DNA of 64,000 nt from Leptospira sp. (GTDB lineage Bacteria > Spirochaetota > Leptospiria > Leptospirales > Leptospiraceae): NCBI GenBank assembly GCA_034439575.1, contig JAWXAQ010000007.1, positions 288,454-352,453 of the forward strand, in the 5' to 3' direction. The translations under genes were made by a program, and so were the position numbers. How positions within the stretch are numbered: the stretch's first letter is position 1; every line of letters starts with the position of its first letter. The notes beneath the pieces are model-generated. The model saw only the letters and a list, made by a program, of their open reading frames with translations, searched no databases and was not told the DNA's origin. Positions 30,675-40,014 of the stretch are shown piece after piece.

Positions 30675-31793
30675 ATGAGCGACCGCGGTTACTACGAAGT
30701 ATTGGGCGTTTCGAAAGGTGCCTCTGATGAAGAGATAAAAGGCGCCTATCGTAAGTTAGCCATTAAGTATCACCCTGACAAAAATAAGGGTGATAAGGAA
30801 GCTGAAGAAAAGTTTAAAGAAGCTACCGAAGCCTACGAAGTGTTACGTGAACCGCAAAAACGTGCGGCTTATGACCAATTCGGTAAAGCAGGTGTGGGTG
30901 CAAGTGGTCAAGGATTTGGCCAAGGCGCATACACTGATTTCTCTGATATATTTGGAGACTTCGGTGATATCTTCAGTGAATTTTTTGGAGGCGGCGGCGG
31001 TGGTCGCGGTGGCGCAAGACGGTCGGGTCCTCAACGAGGATCTGACCTTCGCTATAATTTGGAAATCAGTTTAGAGGATGCGGCACTTGGAAAAGAATAT
31101 AAGATTGAAATTCCAAGGGCAGAGACTTGTACCGATTGCAGTGGATCTGGTGCCACTAAAGGTTCATCTCCGACTGTTTGTCCTGACTGTAGTGGGTCTG
31201 GCCAAGTTAGGCGGACGCAAGGTTTCTTTAGTGTCACAACCACTTGTCCACGTTGTAAAGGAAAAGGAAAAATTATTTCCAATCCATGTAAAACTTGTAA
31301 GGGCGAAGGCCTAAATGAAAAACGAAGGACTATCCATATAAAAATTCCACCTGGAGTTGAATCTGGTAGCCGTTTGAAAGTATCAGGCGAAGGGGAAGCT
31401 GGACCTAACAGTGGCCCACATGGTGACCTATACGTTGTTACACATATTAAAAAACACCCTGTTTTTGAAAGACAAGGGAATGATTTAATAGTACAGAAAA
31501 CCATTTCATTAACGCTTGCTTGTCTTGGTGGCGAAATTGAAGTACCTTCCATTGAAGGAAAACAAATTCAGCTCAAAATACCAGAAGGCACAGAAAGTGG
31601 ACAAGTGTTCCGATTGAAAGGACATGGTGTTCCTTACCTCGGCTCCTATGGTAAAGGCGACCAACATGTAGTGATACGAGTCGAAATTCCGAAAAAACTT
31701 TCTAAAAAACAGAAAGAATTATTAGAAGAATTTGCTCGCGAATCTGGTGAAAAGGTGGGCGCAGGTGGAAAATCGAAGTTGTTTTTCCAATAA
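30675..31793 (+). CDS. dnaJ: Chaperone DnaJ
   Basis: J domain HPD, G/F region, four CxxCxGxG repeats. Confidence 0.99.
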   Translation: MSDRGYYEVLGVSKGASDEEIKGAYRKLAIKYHPDKNKGDKEAEEKFKEATEAYEVLREPQKRAAYDQFGKAGVGASGQGFGQGAYTDFSDIFGDFGDIFSEFFGGGGGGRGGARRSGPQRGSDLRYNLEISLEDAALGKEYKIEIPRAETCTDCSGSGATKGSSPTVCPDCSGSGQVRRTQGFFSVTTTCPRCKGKGKIISNPCKTCKGEGLNEKRRTIHIKIPPGVESGSRLKVSGEGEAGPNSGPHGDLYVVTHIKKHPVFERQGNDLIVQKTISLTLACLGGEIEVPSIEGKQIQLKIPEGTESGQVFRLKGHGVPYLGSYGKGDQHVVIRVEIPKKLSKKQKELLEEFARESGEKVGAGGKSKLFFQ

Positions 31794-31818
31794 GTAAAAT
31801 TTGTAATGAGAACTATCT

Positions 31819-32781
31819 ATGGATAAAAAAGTCCGATTGGGCGTAATCGGTACTGGCCATATGGGTCAGTACCATGTCAATGTCGCAAAAATGTTATCAG
31901 ATGCCGAGTTAGTCGGTATTTTTGATGCTAGTAATGAACGTGCGACTCAAATTGCAGAGAAACATAAAACAAAAGCGTTTAACTCTGAAACAGAATTATT
32001 AAATGCAGTGGATGCAGTCGTAATTGCGGCACCAACATTTCTTCATCACAAAATTGCCAAACAAGCTTTAGAAAGTAACAAACATGTGCTAGTTGAGAAA
32101 CCAATCTCTCAAACAGTCGAAGAAGCTAAAGAACTCGTAGCACTTGCAAACAAAAACAAATTGGTATTGCAAGTCGGGCATGTGGAAAGATTTAACGGTG
32201 CCGTGCTTGAGCTTGGAAAAATTGCAGAACATCCACTATTAATTGAGTCAAGACGACTTGCACCATATAACTCACGCATTGCAGATGTGGGTGTCGTTTT
32301 GGATATGATGATCCATGATATAGATATAGTTTTAAATCTTGTGAAATCTGAAGTTGTAGATGTAAAAGCTGTCGGTTCTAGTGTTGTTTCTAAACATGAA
32401 GATGTAGCGAGTGTGGTGATCAGATTTGCTAACGGTTGTGTTGCGAGCCTTAATGCTTCACGTGCTTCACAAGCAAAAATAAGAACTCTCAATATTTCAC
32501 AAAAAGATTCTTATGTATTTCTTGATTTTACAAACCAAGAAATAGAACTTCACAGACAAGCAAGTTCTACCACACAACTTGGATCAGGCGAAATTCGTTA
32601 TAAGCAAGAATCAATCGTAGAGAAAATTTTTGTTCATAAAGACAATCCATTGAAACAAGAACATGAACATTTTATCAATTGCATCAAAGGTGAAGTAGAA
32701 CCAATGGTAAAAGGTGAATCCGATATTCGTACTTTAGAAGTTGCTTATAAGATTTTAAAACAAATTGAGGAACAGCGTTAA
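31819..32781 (+). CDS. Gfo/Idh/MocA family oxidoreductase (GnnA-like candidate)
   Basis: GVIGTGHMG, VLVEKP, QVGHVERFN, DVGVVLDMMIHDID. Confidence 0.85.
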   Translation: MDKKVRLGVIGTGHMGQYHVNVAKMLSDAELVGIFDASNERATQIAEKHKTKAFNSETELLNAVDAVVIAAPTFLHHKIAKQALESNKHVLVEKPISQTVEEAKELVALANKNKLVLQVGHVERFNGAVLELGKIAEHPLLIESRRLAPYNSRIADVGVVLDMMIHDIDIVLNLVKSEVVDVKAVGSSVVSKHEDVASVVIRFANGCVASLNASRASQAKIRTLNISQKDSYVFLDFTNQEIELHRQASSTTQLGSGEIRYKQESIVEKIFVHKDNPLKQEHEHFINCIKGEVEPMVKGESDIRTLEVAYKILKQIEEQR

Positions 32782-33344
32782 TGGTGGATATGCCTGGCTC
32801 TACGCGCGGAAAACTTTTAATTTCAAATTCTAGCGTGATCCAAGATTTTTTTCACAAAACAATTATTCTAATGGTAGATCATGATGAAGATGGAGCCTTT
32901 GGCTTGGTTTTAAACAAACCGACACAAGCGACTCTTGAATCATTGATTAAAAACCTTCCCCTAACAGCACATTCTGATAGACAAGTTTACAATGGTGGTC
33001 CTGTGGACAATATGTTCGTCACCATTGTTCATAACAATGTAAGTTCCAAAGATCCAGGAGTACAAATCATACCTGGAGTTTTTATGGCGAGAAGTTATGA
33101 TACACTTGTCGAAGTTTTACAATCAGATACATTTAAATTCCGAGTATTTCAAGGTTATGCTGGTTGGACTTCTGGGCAATTGGAAACTGAATTTGAAAAA
33201 CTTTCTTGGGTTGTGAGCGATGTCACTTCAGAAGCAATTTTTGAAGAGAATCACGGCGAAGAATTATGGAAAGCCGCATTGAAGAATAAAGGTGGAATCT
33301 ATAAATATTTTGTTGAACATACTAAAGATCCGCTTTTAAATTAG
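32781..33344 (+). CDS. YqgE/AlgH (UPF0301) family protein
   Basis: GAFGLVLNKP, VYNGGPV, FQGYAGWxxGQLExE, SW, C-terminal PLLN. Confidence 0.92.
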   Translation: MVDMPGSTRGKLLISNSSVIQDFFHKTIILMVDHDEDGAFGLVLNKPTQATLESLIKNLPLTAHSDRQVYNGGPVDNMFVTIVHNNVSSKDPGVQIIPGVFMARSYDTLVEVLQSDTFKFRVFQGYAGWTSGQLETEFEKLSWVVSDVTSEAIFEENHGEELWKAALKNKGGIYKYFVEHTKDPLLN

Positions 33345-33360
33345 ATAGCTAACGCTTTCT

Positions 33361-34134
33361 ATGAAACTCGAATCGAAAAAAATTGTTATTACTGGCGCTT
33401 CTTCTGGGATAGGAAAGGAAACTCTCAACTTACTTTTAAAAGAAGGTGCGTTAGTTGTCGTCGGTGATCTAAATCCAGATATCATTCCTGAACATCCAAA
33501 TCTACATAAATTTAAAGTTGATATCAGCAAACCAGGTGAAGTTGATCGTTTGATTGAAAATGCGATTGAAGTTTTGGAAAAGATAGATGTGTTTTTTGCG
33601 AATGCAGGTTTTGGCTATTATGAAAAGATTCAGAAAGCGGATTGGACAAGAATCAAAAGCATATATGCGACAAATGTTTTTTCTCCCATCTATACCATCC
33701 AAAGTTTGACAAACTTACTTCCCAAAGGTGTTCATATTATTGTAACAGCTTCTGCATTGGCATATTTACCATTGCCTGGATTTGCACTTTATGCTTCCAC
33801 GAAAGCAGCCATTCATTCTTTTGCTGATGCCTTTCGATTTGAAATGGGAAAACAATTTCGTTTAACGCTCGTTTATCCAGTCTCCACAAAAACTTATTTT
33901 TTTGAAAAAGCTGGAAATTCAGTTCCAGAACCGTGGCCTACACAAAGTGCAGGGGTGGTCGCAAAAAATGTAGTCTCCGCTATCAAAAAACCTAGAAATT
34001 CCGTTTATCCCTCTTTTTTATTTCGCATGATGATGATTTTAAATCGATATTTTCCAATTTTCTTTCCCATTTACCGATTTTGGCAAAATTTTAACTTCCA
34101 AAATTGGCAAAAAAAGACAGAAACGGAAGATTGA
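33361..34134 (+). CDS. Short-chain dehydrogenase/reductase
   Basis: ITGASSGIG, NAG, YASTK catalytic motif. Confidence 0.9.
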   Translation: MKLESKKIVITGASSGIGKETLNLLLKEGALVVVGDLNPDIIPEHPNLHKFKVDISKPGEVDRLIENAIEVLEKIDVFFANAGFGYYEKIQKADWTRIKSIYATNVFSPIYTIQSLTNLLPKGVHIIVTASALAYLPLPGFALYASTKAAIHSFADAFRFEMGKQFRLTLVYPVSTKTYFFEKAGNSVPEPWPTQSAGVVAKNVVSAIKKPRNSVYPSFLFRMMMILNRYFPIFFPIYRFWQNFNFQNWQKKTETED

Positions 34135-34296
34135 ATTTACACTTCATGCTTTCAAACGTACAAATCGTGCAAATTGTACACAGTATTTATTTTGCTATTT
34201 CAACATTGTACATAATCTAAGCAGATTTTCCATTTTAAGTAATCTCATTATGTCTAGTAAGCTGAAGTTCCTGTGTTTTATACTAATTGTATGCAA

Positions 34297-34312
34297 TGGT
34301 ACGAAAATTGCT
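34297..34312 (+). promoter_or_regulatory. sigma54 (-24/-12) promoter
   Basis: TGGTACGAAAATTGCT vs consensus TGGCAC-N5-TTGCW; GG-N10-GC spacing exact; about 30 bp before ATG 34342. Confidence 0.8.
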
Positions 34313-34341
34313 ACATTAGTCAGCATAAGGAAGTATGCGCC

Positions 34342-35769
34342 ATGTTTATCGCAGACTATGAAACCAAAAACGTATATGATGAAATGTTCTCCAAAGAAGG
34401 GAATGCCCGCAAAAGTTATCATTTTTTAAAAAGTAAAATGGAAAGTTTAGGTGGCCTTGAGCTCGTTAAACGAAGCTCATCTGCTGAAAAAGCCTTATTA
34501 TCTCTCGGAATCACCTTTACTCTGTATGGTGATGGTGAAGAACAAGAACGCATTATGCCTTTTGATGTGATTCCTCGCATCGTCCCAAGTGAAGAATGGG
34601 TGAAGATGGAAAAAGGTCTCAAACAAAGAATAGAGGCATTAAATTTATTTTTACAGGATATATATAGTGAAGGTAAAATTTTAAAAGATAAAATTATACC
34701 AAGAGAAATTATAGAATCAAGCTCTGGTTATTTAAAACAATGTATTGGACTTAAACCTCCTAAAGGAATTTGGATTCATATAACAGGAACAGATTTAGTC
34801 CGAGATGGTGAAGGCACCTTTCACGTATTAGAAGACAATTTGCGATGTCCTTCTGGTGTATCTTATGTACTAGAAAATCGAGAGGTTATGAAAAGAACCT
34901 TTCCTGAGTTATTCGACAAATTGAATATTCGTCAGGTATATGATTACCCGTATCATTTGCGTTCTATGTTAGAAAATCTATCTGATGCGGATGATCCAGT
35001 TATCGCTGTTTGGACTCCTGGCGTATTTAACTCCGCATACTATGAGCATTCGTTTCTTGCCCAAAAAATGGGAGTATTCCTTGTCGAAGGATCAGATCTT
35101 ATCGTTGAAAATGATAAAGTTTATATGAAAACCACAAAGGGTCTTCGTAAAATAGATGTTATCTATAGAAGAATTGATGATACTTTTATGGACCCATTGA
35201 CTTTTAGAGAAGATTCTCTCCTGGGCGTGAAGGGAATTTTCGAAGCTTTTAAAAAAGGAAATTTAGCATTAGCGAATGCACCCGGAACTGGCGTTGCTGA
35301 TGATAAAGTTATTTATTCTTTTGTCCCAAAAATAATTAAATACTACTTAGGTGAAGAGGCAATCATTCCAAATGTTCCAACGTATTTATGTTCGGAAGGG
35401 AAAGAATTGGATTATGTTTTGGATAACATTCATAATCTAGTTGTAAAAGCTGCGAATGGTGCTGGCGGATATGGAATGATTATTGGTCCAAAGGCAACCA
35501 AACAAGAGCAAGAAGATTTCAAAAAATTAATTATCGAAGACCCACGAAATTACATCGCCCAACCAGTATTGAATCTTTCCACTGTACCTACATTAATTGC
35601 GGATAAAATTGAAGCAAGGCATGTAGATTTAAGACCCTTTATACTTTATGGCAAAGAAATATATGTCATGCCAGGTGGTCTAACGCGTGTTGCGTTACGA
35701 AAAGGATCTCTCGTAGTTAATTCATCCCAGGGAGGCGGTTCAAAAGACACCTGGGTTCTCGGTTCATAG
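34342..35769 (+). CDS. Circularly permuted type 2 ATP-grasp protein (start ATG 34342)
   Basis: [81 protein letters not shown]. Confidence 0.93.
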   Translation: MFIADYETKNVYDEMFSKEGNARKSYHFLKSKMESLGGLELVKRSSSAEKALLSLGITFTLYGDGEEQERIMPFDVIPRIVPSEEWVKMEKGLKQRIEALNLFLQDIYSEGKILKDKIIPREIIESSSGYLKQCIGLKPPKGIWIHITGTDLVRDGEGTFHVLEDNLRCPSGVSYVLENREVMKRTFPELFDKLNIRQVYDYPYHLRSMLENLSDADDPVIAVWTPGVFNSAYYEHSFLAQKMGVFLVEGSDLIVENDKVYMKTTKGLRKIDVIYRRIDDTFMDPLTFREDSLLGVKGIFEAFKKGNLALANAPGTGVADDKVIYSFVPKIIKYYLGEEAIIPNVPTYLCSEGKELDYVLDNIHNLVVKAANGAGGYGMIIGPKATKQEQEDFKKLIIEDPRNYIAQPVLNLSTVPTLIADKIEARHVDLRPFILYGKEIYVMPGGLTRVALRKGSLVVNSSQGGGSKDTWVLGS

Positions 35770-35778
35770 GAGAACCAT

Positions 35779-36747
35779 ATGCTAAGCAGGGTTGCTGAAT
35801 CAGTTTTCTGGTTAAATCGTTACATCGAACGTGCCGAGAATTATTCTCGGTTTATTGATGTGAATCATCAATTATCTTTAGATTTGAATGATGAATTTCC
35901 AAATCAATGGATGCCATTAGTTCATACAACGGGCGATGCCGAAGATTTTGATAAAAAATATGAAAAGATTACTCCAGCTAACGTCATTAAGTTTATGACG
36001 TTTGATGAAGAGAATCCAAATTCTATATTTAATTGTCTATCTCGTGCTAGAGAAAATGCGAGAACTATCCGCGAAAATATTTCTACATCAATGTGGGAAG
36101 TTTTGAATGAATTTTATTTGTCTGTAAAAGATTATCGCAAGTCATATATGGAAAATCCAGAGACGCGAGGTGAAGGAATTTCGGCGGATTTGTCTGAATT
36201 TTTATCGCATATCAGAAAAAGTTGCCAAAGTTTTTACGGATGTTCAGATGCTACGATCTCACATGATGAAGTATGGAGTTTTTCCTTACTTGGTCGATTT
36301 TTAGAAAGAGCTGATAAAACGACACGTATTTTAGATATGAAGTATTTTATTTTACTTCCCTCTGTGCAAGATGTAGGTTCCACCTTAGACTTGTTACAAT
36401 GGTTATCATTATTAAAATCCGCGTCTGCTCATGAAATGTTTAATCGCAAATACAAAAAAGTTCATCCTAATGATATTGCTGATTTTTTAATTTTGGATCA
36501 AACATTTCCAAGATCCATAGTGTTCTGTCTTCAAGAGATTGAGGAAAGTTTGGAAAAAGTATCAGGTACTAAAGAAGGACTCCCTCGTAATTTAGCGCAA
36601 GATGCCGCCACAACTTATTTGAATCGATTGAGATCAGAAAATATTGAGTCAATTTTTGATAAAGGCCTGCATGAGTATTTGGATGATATACAAATTGAGT
36701 TGAATCAAATTGGATCAAAAATAGTAGATCGTTTTTTTAAAAGTTAA
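35779..36747 (+). CDS. Alpha-E domain protein (DUF403)
   Basis: MLSRVAESVFWLNRYIERAEN, ARENAR, LGRFLERAD, FPRSI. Confidence 0.93.
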   Translation: MLSRVAESVFWLNRYIERAENYSRFIDVNHQLSLDLNDEFPNQWMPLVHTTGDAEDFDKKYEKITPANVIKFMTFDEENPNSIFNCLSRARENARTIRENISTSMWEVLNEFYLSVKDYRKSYMENPETRGEGISADLSEFLSHIRKSCQSFYGCSDATISHDEVWSFSLLGRFLERADKTTRILDMKYFILLPSVQDVGSTLDLLQWLSLLKSASAHEMFNRKYKKVHPNDIADFLILDQTFPRSIVFCLQEIEESLEKVSGTKEGLPRNLAQDAATTYLNRLRSENIESIFDKGLHEYLDDIQIELNQIGSKIVDRFFKS

Positions 36748-36750
36748 AAT

Positions 36751-39700
36751 ATGAGCATACGAGTAGCACTTTCTCACATAACAACCTATCAGTATGATAA
36801 GAAGATACAATTATTTCCGCATGTGATCCGGCTTCGCCCAGCACCACATACGAAGAATCATATTGTTTCTTATTCATTAAAACTTCAGCCCGAAAATTAT
36901 TTTGTCAATTGGCAACAAGATCCATTTGGAAATTATTTAGCCCGCCTTGTCTTTAACGAAAAATCAAATATTTTTCAAGTGGCTGTAGATTTAGTCATTG
37001 ATATGAAAGTGGTGAATCCATTTGATTTTTTTGTAGAAGAATATGCAGAGATTTCTCCATTTAACTACGATAAGATTTTAAAAAAAGAACTTACACCTTA
37101 TTTAAAGCCCAAAAAACCTCCAAAAATTCTCGCTGATTATATCAAAACTTTAGATTTAACACCAAGGCGTACGATAGAATTTTTGGTCGCACTTAATGCG
37201 AAAGTCTATCAAGATATCGGATACATCATTCGCATGGAACCAGGTGTGCAAGCACCCGAAGTAACTCTAAAAAAACGAATGGGCTCTTGCAGAGATAGCG
37301 CGTATTTGTTGGTGCAAATATTACGAAATCTTGGAATCGCGGCAAGATTTGTATCTGGATATTTAATTCAATTGAAAGCAGATGTTAAGTCCTTGGATGG
37401 ACCATCTGGTGCAGAGAAAGATTTTACGGATTTACATGCGTGGGCAGAAGTATTTCTTCCTGGAGCTGGCTGGGTCGGCCTTGATCCCACCTCAGGGCTA
37501 TTTACAGGGGAAGGTCACATACCTTTAGCCGCCACGCCAGAACCTGAATCTGCAGGACCAATATTCGGATTTACTGAAAAGGCAAAAAGTGAATTTTCAT
37601 TTCACATGGGAGTGGAACGAATTAAAGAAACTCCTCGTGTAACATTACCATATACGGAAGAAGATTGGAACCGCATTCTAGGCTTAGGTGCTAATATCGA
37701 TAAACGAATTAAAAAAAATGATATCCGTTTAACGATCGGAGGTGAACCAACCTTTGTTTCAACTGAAAATAAAGATGCTCCAGAATGGAATTTTGATGCA
37801 TTGGGTTTTGAAAAATATTCAAAATCCGAACAATTATTAAAGAAACTTAAAAAACATTATGCTAACGGCGGTGTGTTGCAATACGGCCAAGGTAAATGGT
37901 ACCCAGGTGAGCCACTCCCTAGGTGGGCAATGATCGCATACTGGAGATTAGATGGGGAAAAAATATGGGACTCAGAACATCTATTGGCAGACGACCGTTA
38001 TGTGGGATCAGCTACAACGGAAGATGCGAGAAAATTTGCAAGTGTACTTGCAGAAAATTTAAAATTATCAAATGATTATATTCATACAGCTTACGAAGAT
38101 AATTTGTATTACCTTTGGCAAGAAGGAAATTTACCTGAGAATGAAGAAGGATTATTTAAAGGTCTCGATCAATACAATCGGATGGAGAGGGAGCGCATTC
38201 TCAAAGTTTTAGATAAGGGCATAAACAATGAAGTTGGTTATGTGATGCCACTTGAATATGATCATTTAAATAAAACTTGGAATAGCCATAAATGGGATTT
38301 TCGTAGAAAAAAATTATACTTAGTTCCAGGTGATTCACCAATTGGTTATCGATTGCCGATTCGATCTTTAACAAACCAAAAGCGATATCCATACCAAGAA
38401 GATTTATCAATTTCCAGACCACCTCTTCCCAAACGAAAAGAATTGGAGCAAATCAGGGGAACGGAAGAGATTGTATCGTATAATATAGAGTATACGAATC
38501 AATCCAGAACTGCCATTTGTGTAGAACCTAGAAATGGTAATATTCGAATTTTTTTACCACCAATTACTACACTTGAAGGTTGGTTGGATTTAGTTTTTCA
38601 AATTGAACGTACGGCGTTAATGACAGATATTCCAATCATTTTGGAAGGTTATGAAGCACCCATTGACCCGAGAATCAATCGTTTTAAAATCACTCCAGAT
38701 CCTGGAGTCATTGAAGTTAATCTTCATCCGTCTGGATCCTTTTCAGAAATTGTTGAAAAGACAAAAACTTTATATGAAGAAGCAGAACTTGTCCGACTAA
38801 CGGCAGAAAAATTTATGATTGATGGCCGTCATTCTGGCACTGGAGGTGGGAATCATATAACATTAGGTGGAATCAATGTTTCTGATAGTCCATTCTTAAG
38901 AAAACCTTCGTTGCTTAGAAGTTTGGTGGCGTATTGGCAAAATCATCCAGGTTTGTCCTATTTATTTTCTGGTATGTTTATCGGACCTACATCTCAATCG
39001 CCGAGAATTGATGAAGCGAGAAATGATTCTTTGCATGAACTTAAAATAGCATTTCAACAAGTTGATTCTAGTCGATTTACACCGCCTTGGTTAATGGACA
39101 GGCTTTTTAGAAATATATTAGTTGATCTAACGGGTAATACGCATAGGACAGAAATTTCAATTGATAAACTCTTTGATCCAGGATCCTTAACTGGGCGTTT
39201 GGGTTTGGTTGAGATGCGAGCATTTGAAATGCCTCCACACTATCAAATGAGTGTAGTTCAAAATGCATTTATGATGGCGATCATATGTATGTTTTGGGAA
39301 TCACCTTATTATGGTCAGCCGATCAATTGGTCTACAGATTTGCATGACAGATATATGTTACCCTATTTTGTATATAGAGATTTTAAAGAAGTGATCAGAG
39401 ATTTACAAAATAAAGGTTTTCATTTTATGGAAAAAGATTTTGATACTTTCTTTGAATTTAGATTTCCTCAATATGGAATTTCTTATCTTGATGGTATGCA
39501 AATTGAACTCAGAATGGCTCTAGAACCCTGGCATGTGTTAGGTGAAGAGAATACTTCGCAAGGAACTTCGAGAGGTGTTGATTCGGCTGTCGAAAGATTG
39601 CAAGTTCGTGTGACTGGATTTCATACCGATAGATACAGTCTTAGTTGCAATGGTTACGAAGTTCCATTACAATCAACAGGAATTGTAAATGAATATGTAG

Positions 39701-40002
39701 CGGGAGTAAGGTTTAAGGCTTGGGCACCAGTATTTACACTGCACCCTCATTTGCCAGCGCAACCATCTTTAGTATTTGATGTTTATGATAAATGGAATGA
39801 TCGTTCACTCGGTGGCTGTACATACCATGTGTCTCATCCTGGTGGATTATCATATTCCAATTTCCCGATCAATAGCTACGAAGCAGAATCTAGACGTATA
39901 TCACGGTTTTGGACTCATGGTCATAAGATAGGAAAGTCGCTACCACCAATCCGATTGGAAAATAAAAGTTTTCCGTCGACACTAGATCTTAGATTGGCAT
40001 AA
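36751..40002 (+). CDS. Transglutaminase-like domain fused to putative COOH-NH2 amidoligase (DUF2126)
   Basis: IRLRPAPH, GSCRDSA/DLHAW/WVGLDPT triad; GGEPTFVS, GKWYPGEPLPRW, DPGVIEVN, TGGGNH, VEMRAFEMPPH. Confidence 0.92.
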   Translation: MSIRVALSHITTYQYDKKIQLFPHVIRLRPAPHTKNHIVSYSLKLQPENYFVNWQQDPFGNYLARLVFNEKSNIFQVAVDLVIDMKVVNPFDFFVEEYAEISPFNYDKILKKELTPYLKPKKPPKILADYIKTLDLTPRRTIEFLVALNAKVYQDIGYIIRMEPGVQAPEVTLKKRMGSCRDSAYLLVQILRNLGIAARFVSGYLIQLKADVKSLDGPSGAEKDFTDLHAWAEVFLPGAGWVGLDPTSGLFTGEGHIPLAATPEPESAGPIFGFTEKAKSEFSFHMGVERIKETPRVTLPYTEEDWNRILGLGANIDKRIKKNDIRLTIGGEPTFVSTENKDAPEWNFDALGFEKYSKSEQLLKKLKKHYANGGVLQYGQGKWYPGEPLPRWAMIAYWRLDGEKIWDSEHLLADDRYVGSATTEDARKFASVLAENLKLSNDYIHTAYEDNLYYLWQEGNLPENEEGLFKGLDQYNRMERERILKVLDKGINNEVGYVMPLEYDHLNKTWNSHKWDFRRKKLYLVPGDSPIGYRLPIRSLTNQKRYPYQEDLSISRPPLPKRKELEQIRGTEEIVSYNIEYTNQSRTAICVEPRNGNIRIFLPPITTLEGWLDLVFQIERTALMTDIPIILEGYEAPIDPRINRFKITPDPGVIEVNLHPSGSFSEIVEKTKTLYEEAELVRLTAEKFMIDGRHSGTGGGNHITLGGINVSDSPFLRKPSLLRSLVAYWQNHPGLSYLFSGMFIGPTSQSPRIDEARNDSLHELKIAFQQVDSSRFTPPWLMDRLFRNILVDLTGNTHRTEISIDKLFDPGSLTGRLGLVEMRAFEMPPHYQMSVVQNAFMMAIICMFWESPYYGQPINWSTDLHDRYMLPYFVYRDFKEVIRDLQNKGFHFMEKDFDTFFEFRFPQYGISYLDGMQIELRMALEPWHVLGEENTSQGTSRGVDSAVERLQVRVTGFHTDRYSLSCNGYEVPLQSTGIVNEYVAGVRFKAWAPVFTLHPHLPAQPSLVFDVYDKWNDRSLGGCTYHVSHPGGLSYSNFPINSYEAESRRISRFWTHGHKIGKSLPPIRLENKSFPSTLDLRLA

Positions 40003-40014
40003 AAGACTTTAGAG

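Noticed and set aside
28865-32492. Antisense ORFs of 60-166 aa over dnaK, dnaJ and the oxidoreductase (similar ones over the GMC, lipoprotein and TBDR genes)
   Set aside because: Shadow frames of strongly conserved genes; no motifs or RBS
34273-34341. N-terminal extension of the ATP-grasp ORF and the opposite-strand 75-aa ORF at 34195-34422
   Set aside because: Region contains the sigma54 promoter; the RBS supports ATG 34342
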